DNA from: the human T2T-CHM13v2.0 reference genome, Homo sapiens
NCBI RefSeq assembly: GCF_009914755.1
Contig: NC_060929.1
Reading direction: 5' to 3' (one strand)
Length of the DNA stretch: 64,000 nucleotides
Both the position numbers and the translations under genes were made by a program. The notes below the pieces were generated by a model. That model made no database searches. It was not told where the DNA came from and worked only from the letters and a program-made list of their open reading frames with translations. Shown one piece after another: positions 52,971 through 64,000 of the stretch. Position 1 is the first letter of the stretch, and each line of letters begins with the position of its first letter.

Positions 52971-55016
52971 TGTGTGCTACCAGGACCCTGCACTCAAGAT
53001 TTAGGCACTAGCTCCCCCAGCTACCTGGGGGATTGCTTAGTGAACTCACAGCTTAGCTCCACGTCAGGAATTGCCCTGAGCATGAGGAAACTGCCTCACC
53101 CAAGGTTACCTCCAGTCCCCAGAGGCATCCCACACCCAGTGACTGGACTGGTCCAGTCAGGAATACAGAGGCCCAGCCCTCTGACTTCATTTTGAGACAT
53201 TGCTAAAGATCCATACTAGCTGCATAGTTCCCTATGGGGTGTGCTGAAGGCTCTGTTACAACTAAATCACATTTCAAGTACTCCCTCTACCTAACCCTGC
53301 TTTCCGCACCTCCTTAGAGATCATCTACTACTGTCGCACCAGTCCTATGGCTGCATGGAGGATGGAGTGTACCCTTATGACCCACTGATGAAGGAGAAAA
53401 TCATGAATGGTTTAGACTGATACGAAAATGCAAAACAAAAATGAGCTACTGCCACACTCTAAGGGTAGCTCTGAGAAACATCAGTGAGGAAATCCTCCCA
53501 AAGGAGCTTCAGGTGGTGCTCCCAGTCATCCACTCGATGTAGAAAAATAATTGGTCTGAGCCCTATTATAGGCAGTAAAAAATGGCTTGGTTTGTTGGTC
53601 AGGAGCTCGGAAGGAGAAAGATTGAAAGATCAGGGATAATAAGGCAAAGAGATGTGTGAATATGGGACTGGGCACAAACTCTGAAGATCTTTGTATCATC
53701 TATTAATGGCCACTAGAGATCATCCACCACCCAAGAATAGGTACTAATTAACAAAGTAGACCAGATGACTTGGACAGAGGACATTACACAGCCTAAATCA
53801 TCAGCCACCCCAATGCTGGAATAATATGTGCATGAAAAGAGTAGCCACGTTGGCAGAGATGGAGGGAGGATATTTTGGGTGAAACAGGACAGTTCTCCAC
53901 TCAATAAAGCTTAGATAGCTATTCTGCTCATTAATGAATAATCTGGTAGCAACAATGACCAAAACCAAGTCCCCTGTGGCGTATCTCTTATGCAGATAAA
54001 ACATCACAAGGTGACATGTCAATTCCTCTGGACCCCTTCCATAGTGGAAGAGGTAATATAATAGAGTCGACTCCAGGATATTAGAAGTCCAGTGTAATAG
54101 ACTTGCCAGTAAAGAATATTTGGTCTTCTCAAGGGATGGTGCCATACCAGGAACTCAGCGTTGGTCTCTGTTGCTGGTAGCAATTCATCTTGCCTGCAAC
54201 TAACTGAAGTAGAATGTGTCCATGAATGGAGATAGAAAGAGTCAAACTACTGCATAATCACTTTGGGCTCCTTGAGCCAAGTGACCAGCTTGTAAGGAAA
54301 AGCATAATTTTCCTTAAGTAGACCTTCATTTGAAAATAAATGGACAAGTGTACCAGCTATGATCTGAGAAGAGCACAGCTTAGGGGTAAGCTGTGAGTGA
54401 TCCTACCATGTAAGCCTCCTAGACCAACAGAGGTGCCAATTGAGGCTAAGGGGAATCTAGAAGGGATAGTAGAGGAGGGAAATAATGAGTTCTCAGTCAC
54501 AGTGCTGAGACCGAGACCCATGATGCGGGCTGCAGTTCCTTCTACAAACCTTGCTGTAGTAGTTGGAATCCTGAAGGAGTCATCTTCAGATCAAATGAAG
54601 CTATTATACAAGGCAGTGGATCTGAGCAACACCCCCTCTCAGGACTAAGGCACTCACTTACCAGCTGGTGGGCGTGTTTTCTGATGACAGCCTAAGGATA
54701 GCCCTCAGCTGCAAGAAGCTGTTTTGCCCAAAATTACACCCACATTAAATCACTAGTCAGAGAGGGCTTACAAAATCCCAGACCCCTTGCCTCAATTCAA
54801 GACATCTCAAAAAGACCATCCCAGTTTGAGAGCTCCACAGGGGATTGGCTGAGGGCCCTGTTGCAACTACATTGGAGCTTAACATTTGCTCTATAAAATC
54901 TGGCTTCCTTCCCTCTTCCCATTAAAAGTGTCATTCTCTAAGTCCACTCCTAATAAACCACCTGAACACAAATCTCAACAGCAAACTCTGCTTTCCATGG
55001 AACCCAAATGATTACA
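52971..55016 (+). mobile_element. Degenerate ERVL provirus: LTR16-type LTR (~52971-53320), pol RNaseH/integrase remnants (ERV3-16A3-like, ~53340-54615), LTR16-type LTR (~54620-55016)
   Basis: Both ends carry LTR16-like motifs (CCCAAGGTTAC, GGCTGAGG..CTGTT.CAACT, AATAAACCACCTG.ACACAAATCTC); internal CCCTTATGACC, ATGGCTTGG..GTTGGTCAGG, AAGATCTTTGTATC resemble ERVL pol. Confidence 0.7.
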
Positions 55017-55057
55017 ACTGGCTTCTTTTGTAGTTTTGCACACTTGAATCTATTATA

Positions 55058-55312
55058 CAGCTTGCTTTATCTTGTTTCTATCACTACTGAGATGTCTGTT
55101 TAAATGTGTCATAGGATTTTCGCAAAGCTATCATAGTGAAAATAGAAGTCTTGACTTCTCTTCCCCTCTGCCAACAAAGTGATTCTTCCCCAATCTCAAA
55201 AAGTAGCATCACCATTCGCCTTGTTGATGAAGTCAAAACTCTGTTCGATAATTTCTCTTTTCCCCACTCCAAAAACAACCCATCAGCAAGTTCTGGCACC
55301 TTTTTCTCCAAA
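55058..55312 (+). repeat. Direct repeat copy 1 (255 bp, L2-like sequence)
   Basis: Aligns to 55936-56187 with 13 substitutions and one 3-bp indel (manual count). Confidence 0.95.
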
Positions 55313-55935
55313 TAAAAGTGCATAAATAAAAGCCTCCTTTGCATAATTTGAATACTTCATACTTTTGGTATTGTTAACAAGATTGGATTACTGATCCTTG
55401 TTGTTATTATTTCAAAGGAAGTCTAAATCTACTTACATACAAACAAATATAATACACTTGCATGAGCTCAAAAGAATATGGTATATTCTTCTGCCTGATA
55501 TGTTTTAGAAATAACTTATGTGCATCATATACTCTTGCAAATATTCGCCAAGGTAGACTCTATTTAGATTTTTGTCCATCATTCTTTAGCAATCTTGGAT
55601 TCAGTGCTTGGAATACCCTTTGGTCTGCAGACAGCACAGTAGCTCAATTGCTATTATTACAGAAAGAAATCTTTTTCTTTAGATGTTCCTACTGGTATGT
55701 TATAAACATTTCTTAAAATCTATCTTTAAAATGTGTCTTACTATATAATGCTCTATCAATCAATGGAGAATGATATTCCTGAATGAACTATTATTAAAGA
55801 TAAGAATTGAAAGACCAGATATGGTAGTTTTCCAGAATCCACTTGCTAGATAATTCTGAGTCTCAATAACCTGTTTCTTCATTTTAAATATGTCATATTC
55901 TCAAAAGTGACCTAAAACTAACCTTTTCATGTTAT

Positions 55936-56187
55936 CAGCTTGCCTTATCTTGTTTCTATCGCTACTGAGATCTCTGTTTAAATGTGTCATAGGATTTTCT
56001 CAAAGCTATCGCAGTGAAAACAGAAGTCTTGACTTCTCTTCCCCTCTGCCAACAAAGTGATTCTTCCCCAATTTCAGAAAGTAGCATCACCATTCGCCTT
56101 GATGAAGTCAAAACTCTGTTTGATAATTTCTCTTTTCCCCACACCAAAAACAATCCATCAGCAAGTTCTGGCACCTCTTTCTCCAAA
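55936..56187 (+). repeat. Direct repeat copy 2 (252 bp)
   Basis: See copy 1; L2-like sequence continues downstream of this copy. Confidence 0.95.
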
Positions 56188-57250
56188 ACATAACCTGAAT
56201 CTCCCCACTGCCCATCATCACTGCTCTCACCGTGGCAAGCGACCCTTGGCAAATCCTTCTATCCTGCAATAACCTCCCAACTGGTCTTCCATTAGGAAGA
56301 CCTCCATTCCTGCCGCCTTCAGGACACACACCTAACAATCAGAAAAAAAATTATTTAATGTAAAGCAAAATGCGTTATGATCCTGCTTAGTCTCGAATGC
56401 TTCCCATTGATCACAGGATAAAATAAAAACTCCTTACCATAGCCTAGAAGGCCCTTACAATCTCTACCCTTCCTACTCTACTGAGCTTATGGCATATCAG
56501 CTCTTCTTCACTCTCTACCTCCAGACACTTTGGCTTTAGTTGTTATTGTAGTTATTGTGCAAATATGTCAATTTTGTTTCCACTTAGGGACTCCTGCTCT
56601 GTTTGTTCCCTCTTTTTGTTTATTTACTTATTTATTTTGAGACTGAATCTCACTGTCACCCAGGCTGGGGTGCAGTACTGCAATCATAGCTCATTGCAGC
56701 CTTGACCTCCTGGCCTCAGGCAATCCTCCATCAGCCTCCTGAGAAGCTGGGACTATAGGCATGCATGCACTACCACACCTGGAATTTTTTTTTTCTTTTT
56801 TGTAGGGACAGGGTCTCACTATGTTGCTCATGCTGATTTCAAATTCTTGGGCTCAAGTGATACTCCTGCCTTAGCCTCCCGAAATGCTGAGATTACAGGC
56901 ATGATCCATAATGCCCTGCCTCTCCGTTCCCCTTTCCTGGAACATTCTGCCCCATGGTTTCATGTTGCTTGTTGCATCTCATCACCAGGGTCTTAGCTCA
57001 ACTGTAGCCTTCTCAAAAGTTTCCCTGACCAACTCTAAGATAGACTACTCATCTTCGGAGGCCTTCATGAACAGATTGCCCTGTTCTATTTTTGTGACTT
57101 TTATCACTATCATTTATTTTAATTTTATATTTCCTGTTTCTCCCTTACTGGTACATGAAAACGAGGACCTTATCTGACTTCTCACTGTTGAATATTTTTA
57201 CCACACCTAGACAGTACTTGTGCTCAGGAGATACTTGTTGAATGAATATA
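56188..57250 (+). mobile_element. L2 LINE 3' portion interrupted by an Alu
   Basis: CTGCAATAACCTCCCAACTGGTCT, AAACTCCTTACCATAGCCTAGAAGGCCCT, terminal GATACTTGTTGAATGAAT. Confidence 0.7.
56613..56920 (-). mobile_element. AluJ
   Basis: CAATCATAGCTCATTGCAGCCTTGACCTCC, CTTGGGCTCAAGTGAT; (TTTA)n-like tail. Confidence 0.9.
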
Positions 57251-57425
57251 TAAATGATAAAATAAATAAATAATATAAATATATATCTTATGTAGTAAAT
57301 ATATAAATATATTTGTAAAAATACATTATAATATATAAAAATAATATAAGTATAAAATGAATAATATTTTAGTACATAAAGCAATTTAGTCTCATACAGA
57401 TCTAATAAAATATGTATTAAATTGA
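57245..57425. repeat. AT-rich low-complexity tract
   Basis: Degenerate (TA/TAA)n. Confidence 0.8.
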
Positions 57426-57429
57426 AGGT

Positions 57430-58305
57430 AAAAATATGCTTAATGTCACCAATCACCAAGGAAATGCAAATCAAAATCACATTCTAAGCTCACACCTGTC
57501 AGAATAACTATTATCAAAAAGACAAAAGATAACAAGTGTTGGTGAGGATGTAAATGGGACAGCCATTATGGAAAACTGTATGAAGCTTCCTCAAAAAATT
57601 AAAAATAAAACTACTATGTCATCCAGCAAACTCACTTCTGGGTTTATATCCAGGGAAAATGAGATCAGTATTCCCAAGAGACATCTGTACTCCCATACTC
57701 ATTACAACATTATTCACAATAGCTGAGATATGAAATCCACCTAAGTGTTTGTTGACACATAAACAAGGTGTGGTATACACACACACACTCACACGTGGAC
57801 ATGCATGCACAATGGAATATTATTCAGCCTTAAAAAAAAGGAAGTCCTATCATTTGCCACAGCATGGATGAACCTGGGGGACATTATGCTAAGTGAAAAA
57901 AGCCAGGCTCTAAAATACAAATACTGCGTGATTTCACTTGCATGTGAAATATAAAAAATCCACACTCAGATAAGCAACACCCGGTCATGGTTGCCAGAGT
58001 CGGGGACCTGGGGGAAATAGAAAGATAAGGTCAAAGGGTACTATGTTTCAGTTACACAGGATAAATACTGGAGACGTAATGTACAGCATGCTGACTATAG
58101 TTAGTAATACTGTATCATATATTTGAAATTTGCTGAGAGTAGATCTTAATATTCTCACCTTATAAAAATAAGTGTGGAAATGGATATGTTAAACAGCTTG
58201 ATTTAATCATTTTACAACACGTACATATATCAAAACATCACTTTGAATATCTTAAATATGTACAATTTTCACTTGTCAATTATGTCTCAATAAAGCTTAA
58301 AAAGA
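57430..58305 (+). mobile_element. L1MA/L1MB-type 3' end
   Basis: GGAAATGCAAATCAAAA, GCATGGATGAACCTGGGGGACATTATGCTAAGTGAAA, TGTACAGCATG.TGACTATAGTTA, CTCAATAAAGCT. Confidence 0.88.
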
Positions 58306-58377
58306 TGTCAGCACCAAAGGCACAAAATAATGTTTCTGTGTTGTTTACTTATAGTGGTAAGGTATTATACTACAAAC

Positions 58378-58546
58378 CATATTTTCCAAATTCTAAGACA
58401 AACACATATTTTTTCACATATTTTCAGGTTTTTATACATATTATAATCCATAGGTTTTTAAATTCATAATGCTTATTCTATTCCTAATATTAAAGTGATG
58501 GTGTCTCCTATCATCAATGATGTCTTAGAGTCAAGAACTAATAGTA
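58378..58546. mobile_element. MER104-like (TcMar-Tc2) MITE
   Basis: Degenerate inverted ends CCATATTTT..AAATTCTAAGAC / GTCTTAGAGTC; TTTTTTCACAT. Confidence 0.55.
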
Positions 58547-59629
58547 ATAGAAGTTTAATAAATACTATTGAATAGAATGCAAGACTCAATCCCCTACCTT
58601 ATAAACAAGTGAACATGAGTATGGACAGAAAACTAGAGTCACAGTAGAGTCAGGTATTGCAGAAAAGTCTTCTCTGCATTTATCTGACTGTGACAGAAAG
58701 ACAAGGGACTGAACCCCTAACTACAATCTCATTAATGCCAAGTTCCAAACAACCAATTTCAATGATACCTGGATCAAAAACAGAAAAATAAAGGTGACTG
58801 CAACTTCAACATTAAAAATGAAAAATCTCACTAAAGAGCTTTAAGATTTTCAAATAATTATAGCTTTCTCCTGTGAATGTTTTTGATAATCTTATCAGTG
58901 TCTCTGAAATTTGCCATATATACATAATTTATTTTTTTCTATTTTTTAAAAAAATAAGTGAAACCACTAGTGCTTAATTTTCATATTTACGTAACGTTAA
59001 CACCTAAGGAGTTTAAAGTGAATGCAAGTTCACACTTCTGCTGCTATTAGTCAGGTGAAGAATATTTAATTAAAGCAGTAAGACTTAATAATTTCTCATA
59101 GTCCTCTTATCTGTGCTCCGAACAAACTTTAACCCCCTGAAAGATAAAACTAAGACCCATGGTATCAGAAGAAATCAGAAAAACATTTCTTGTTTCCCCT
59201 ATCCTCCTCACTTCTGAGTGGCCAGTGGCCAGTGGAAAGTAGGAACAGATAAGTCTCCAGATGAACACAGAAGAGAAATAAATTTCATACATTCATCCGA
59301 GAACCAATACTTGCTCTGGATCTTAGAAGTGACGGGTTTTTCCTTGAATGCATACCCTGATTGGTGTTATCACCCTGCAACACTGGTTGAGAAGGATTTC
59401 TAAGATCCAGCCAGGTTTAGGAAGAAAGAACATTATCATCAATCAACAAATAGAACCAATTTACTTAGACTACAGTGATCAGAATTGGAAAATTCCAGGC
59501 ATAATTAAACTCAATATTTAACCATGATGTTATGTGCTTAGTGATGTGAGGGGAAATAATAAAGTAGAAAAGTTGACTCTCTAATTTCTGTCTTTCATAT
59601 AATTTTTTTAAAGAACCTCACTTTTAACA

Positions 59630-60440
59630 TTTTAATCAACATTAGTTTTTGAGTTCCAAAAATGAGCCCAGTACACTTCCAGGTACTAAGGACTGGTCGG
59701 TAAACAAAGCAGTGAAATGCTGCCCTCTTGGAGCTTATATTCTAATGAAAAAATAGAAAATCAAAATACCAAATATTTATATAGTGCTTCTCACGTGCCA
59801 GCCTATTCTATGTGAATTTTATACGTGTTAGCTCATTTACTATTCACAAGACCCCCTGTGACATGGACGTTGTGGTTTCCCCAGGTCATGCAGGTAGCAG
59901 GACTGAGAACCCAGGTTGTTGAGCTCTGGAGGCTGCTACTCTCCAGTGCCTGTGCTACAATGTGCTGCTTCTCCTTCTTTTAAGCACTGAGCTACAACAG
60001 TAATAAGCCAGAAAATGTTCCTGTGCTCACCTAACTCATATTTTGGAGGAAAGAGATTGACTATAAACAAATAATAAAATAATTTGGGGTAGTGACTAGC
60101 ACTACGGATCACCCAGAGTGCCTGCAGGGAGGGCACTATTATATAGAACAATCAGGAAACATCTCTCTAAGGCAATAAGAACTGAATAACAGAAGGAACC
60201 AGGGGGAAGTCATTTGGAACAGTCGGAACAGCAAGTGCAAAAGGCCTGGAGGTAAGGAATCAGCTCAGACTATCTGTGGAAGCCCTGTGTGCTGGAAGCA
60301 GAGAGAATGGGAAAGGACAGCATGAGATCAGATCAGAAAGGACACTGGCCTGTTTTCTGATGTGACCCATGGCCAGATCATGGAGAACACTGCAGATCCT
60401 AACAAGAGATGCGGATTTCATTCTCAGAGCAATAAGAAGG
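59630..60440 (-). mobile_element. L2 fragment with nested MIR (~59770-59960)
   Basis: TGCCCTCTTGGAGCTTATATTCTA, AACAGCAAGTGCAAAAGGCCTGGAGG, GGCCAGATCATGGAG. Confidence 0.65.
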
Positions 60441-62914
60441 CACTAGAAGATTTTCTATCACTAGAGACACAACTTTTTCCAAAGATTCTAGGTGAAAGAA
60501 AAAAAAAAGGAAATTCCTAACCCAGGATATTTAGCATTTTCCTTAATTTGCTCATTAATTAATTTTAATTTTCTCATGTTTACATCTTCTAAAATAAGCT
60601 TAAAAGTGGGTGGGTTGTTATCATTGTACCCACACATTTCCTGAATATGCTCATTAGCAGAAATGCTCCATCATGGAACTTTAGAGCAATTGCTATAAAT
60701 TCTATGAAGGAATATAAACAGAACCAGTTCCAAAAGTGGAGGACGGAAGAAATGAGGAAGGATAAACTGCATCACGTTCAACACTGAAACTGTTCTTAAA
60801 GAAGCATGGGGATCCGAAGCCCACTTGGTTTCATGCGGGGAGGTGGGGGGTCCCTTTTATCTGTTTTGACTGCTGTCATTGTCCTGAGGATTTTGGGTTT
60901 TGGTCTTCAACTAATGTGCTGAAATGACACTTCACTAGCTCTTTGTCAGGGTGATATTCAAAAAACTCCAGAACCAGAAGCATACAGCCACCGGCCAATC
61001 AGAACAGATGCTATCTATGGTCCAGGAGCAAAGACTTGCGTCTCTGCCAGGAATTACCCCTTGAGTTGCTGACCTTAGAGAGGGTTAGAGGTCAGGGAAG
61101 GAGCCACGATGGCCAGGGGCTGTTGGTGGGGAAGCCTACTCAGGACTCTGGCTATTTATCAACAGGTACAGAAGTAACTCTATAATTTAACAACACTTAC
61201 AGCCATACTGATATTCCTGTCTGCATTGTCCTTTCTCCCAAACCCTCTATAATTTAGCCAAGAGCATTCTGAACTGGGTGAGTCCAGCAGAAACAGGGAG
61301 GAGCTGGTTTCATATAAAGTTATGTCAGTTCTCCCCTTCTAATACTTGGGCTGTTTACACAAAAAACAATAAACTGTATTGGCTAGAAAATTCCCCTCAC
61401 TGTGAGAGAACAGACTGATTCCCATAATACAATTTTGTTGGAGTAGCCGGCTGCGCCAAACCAGCTCTGTTAGGAAAACACCACCCACCTCAGTCTGGTC
61501 TGGTCTGGTCAGCCCTGAACCAGACTGTTGTCCTCATGCAGACACCAGGTTACAGTACAATAGAGGGTAGTTTGCCAGTGAATATTAGTTTGTTGGCCAA
61601 CAATTTAGTAATAGGGGCATTGTATTAGGCATACTCATGATTATTATTCTTGAACGTTGAGCAGCATAGCATCCACCTTGCATAGCACATAAAAAAAACA
61701 TTCTCTCAAGGAGTTTTTATAAACATTCACACCCCCATTGAAAATAATCAGTAACAAAATTTTTGATAAAAGTCAAAGAGATCTCTTGATTTGTGAAATC
61801 CTTAAACCTTATAACTTTACAACTGGCCTTAAGTGGTTATCTTATAACTCATATAAACAAACATATAAAAATACAGGGAAACATTCAGATCCATTGGAAC
61901 AGAAAGTAAATTGTTGTATTATTAACTCATTCTCATGGTGTATTTGAACATATTTGCTGGAAGTGCTCCATACATCAATGCAATATTTAGCTCTGTGGTT
62001 TCTTCAAATAATTTTTTTTTTGCTCCCAAATATTGTTGTGTTTGTTTTTCCTTGCAAAGGAAGAACTGGGAAAAGCCATTTACATTAGCCTAATTTTAAG
62101 AATTTTTAAGACAGTTTATCTGATATCTAATACTTTTACATTAAGGATATTTTTATCTCTACGGAAAAGGAATATAGTAAAACCCAAATTGTTTTTCAAT
62201 AGTGTAGAAAATTTGGCATCGTATATTTTTTTTTGCATTCATTATATTTTATGTAATGTAAGTGTACTTACTTTTAAAATTATAATTTAAAAAGTCTATA
62301 GTCACTGAAGTCAGTTTCCATAAGGATTGCAGCCATAAAAATATATGTCTACAGTTTTTGTTTTTATTTAAATCATAATTATTCCTTTTTCAGCAGTCAA
62401 GCCCAGTTTTTAGTTCAATTTAAATATCTGCCTCTTATTACTTTAACACTATAGCACAACTGTTAAAATAAAAACATGGTAAAAGATCAAAGCCAATTTT
62501 AATGTCTAAATGACTTGAAAAATGATTTTAAACATTTCAATATATTTAAATGAAAATTACAATTAGCAAACCAGTTGCTTTTTAGACAAGAAGCATTCAT
62601 AGAAGCTCATCTAAATTAGCCTTTCAATTTCGTGACTAGCTTGAATCGAAATTTTGAAACGAAAAAGAATAAAGCTGGCCATAACATAATCGTTGCCTCC
62701 TCCAAGCAAACATAAAGCCATCTATCTCAAGCTTAAACACCTGAAAATTAAGAAAGAGTATAGTTGTCTTAAGTCAAGGCATATCATCTCCTAGCACCTG
62801 CCAAGAATAAAATCTATCCTTCCATTCCATACAACTTCCTCGTAATTAGGTCAACATAGAATCACGGCAAAGGTATTTTAGGCAGTTGTACAAGATGCAT
62901 TAACTTTGCATGGG

Positions 62915-63357
62915 TTTTTGGTATTTGTCTTGCCAACATCCAGCCTTCCGTCTTCAAGCAACCATCCTCAAATTTCATTTGGACTTGTACTCCTCCCTCA
63001 ATCTCTAAACCACTTTAAGCCTATCAGCCCATTATCCTTCCCTGGCCACAAGTATTGGTTCCAGGGTGGAATGTGAGCAAAAGTGCTAAATCAGTGAATT
63101 TTAGATGTGTTGTGGGGGGTACTTGAAAGAGCTCACTATTTCTTATTGCCTTTATCCTCAGAGGCTTGAGACCCTGGAGTTAGTACAGTCTCTTGCCACC
63201 ACCAGGACTGAAAAAGGAAGCAGCATTGAAGAGGCAGAGCTGGGAGACGGAGAGAAACTGCTGGCATGATTTGAGCTCAGGTTAGTCATTTGTCCCTTCT
63301 TAAGCTGGCTTCAGTTGGTTCTGTCCCACTTGCAATAGAAAGTGTCCTACTGATGCA
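62915..63357 (+). mobile_element. Old MLT1 (J/K-like) LTR
   Basis: CCCTGGCCACA..ATTGGTTCCAGGGTGG; terminal CTTAAGCTGG...CACTTGCAA.AGAAAG.GTCCTACTGATGCA. Confidence 0.65.
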
Positions 63358-63866
63358 GTCTGTTTAAATCACTCTATATTTCTGGCTAATCAGAAACTAA
63401 TAAGATTCACAAATTAAGTGTGAATGTTCAAAAAATGCTTCTTAAAACCGTAAAATTGTCTTTAAAGCTGAAGGCTTTGGGATCACAATCACCATGTGAC
63501 CAGCTGGTTATTCCTTCTCCCACTGTACTCTCCAGTTAACCTAAGCCTCAATTTCCTAATTTGTAAAAATGCCAAGAGTAGTGCTTGAAGCCAATTAGTG
63601 GGTTTCAGCACAAAATGACTGGTTCTATCATAAACTAGGGGCTTTCCATCTCAGCCCACAATATTCCTGTAATTTTTAAAGCAATCATTTATTTGTGCTT
63701 TAACCCCTTAATCCCTTACCACAGTGATTATATTAAACATTTCTGGGCTTTTCTCAGGCTCCTACTCATCACTATCATGCTCATCCTGATCCAACGCTAT
63801 ATGAACCTCTTCGAATTCCTTCTTCCATGCCCCTTACCTACAAATCTACAAACTTGTACATCTACC

Positions 63867-63877
<11 letters not shown>

Positions 63878-63904
<27 letters not shown>
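63878..63904. repeat. (TG)13 microsatellite
   Basis: Directly visible. Confidence 0.95.
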
Positions 63905-64000
63905 AACCATAGTTCTGCTGCATATATAAATTCACATCCTGTATGTCTGGAACTAATTTCATCCTTTTCTAAATATTACATATTTCAAGCATTCATTGGG

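Noticed and set aside
55084-56252. Two similar minus-strand ORFs (86 and 96 aa) resembling paralogous small proteins
   Set aside because: The similarity comes from the 255-bp DNA duplication of L2-like sequence; no evidence of coding function.

Overview
Primate (human-like) AT-rich non-coding genomic DNA, intergenic or deep intronic. I see no protein-coding gene, CpG island, RNA gene or prokaryote-type system; the ORF track is explained by chance ORFs and by repeats. Recognisable content is mostly transposon fossils: 11 Alus (J and S classes), a complete THE1D-type MaLR provirus with a 5-bp TSD (6153-8482), several MLT1 solo LTRs, a degenerate LTR16/ERVL provirus, L1 3' ends, L2 and MIR fragments, and DNA-transposon MITEs (MER102, MER5, MER30, Tigger4, MER104), plus microsatellites. 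The most unusual structure is a ~255-bp, ~95%-identical direct duplication (55058-55312 / 55936-56187) flanking a 623-bp insert with no transposon hallmarks. Weaker leads are a well-formed 93-nt non-coding exon candidate (29927-30019), a tandemly duplicated DR1-like nuclear-receptor site, and repeat-poor blocks that may be regulatory. Subfamily calls come from recalled consensus sequences, not a search, and boundaries of old repeats are approximate. I cannot identify the locus.
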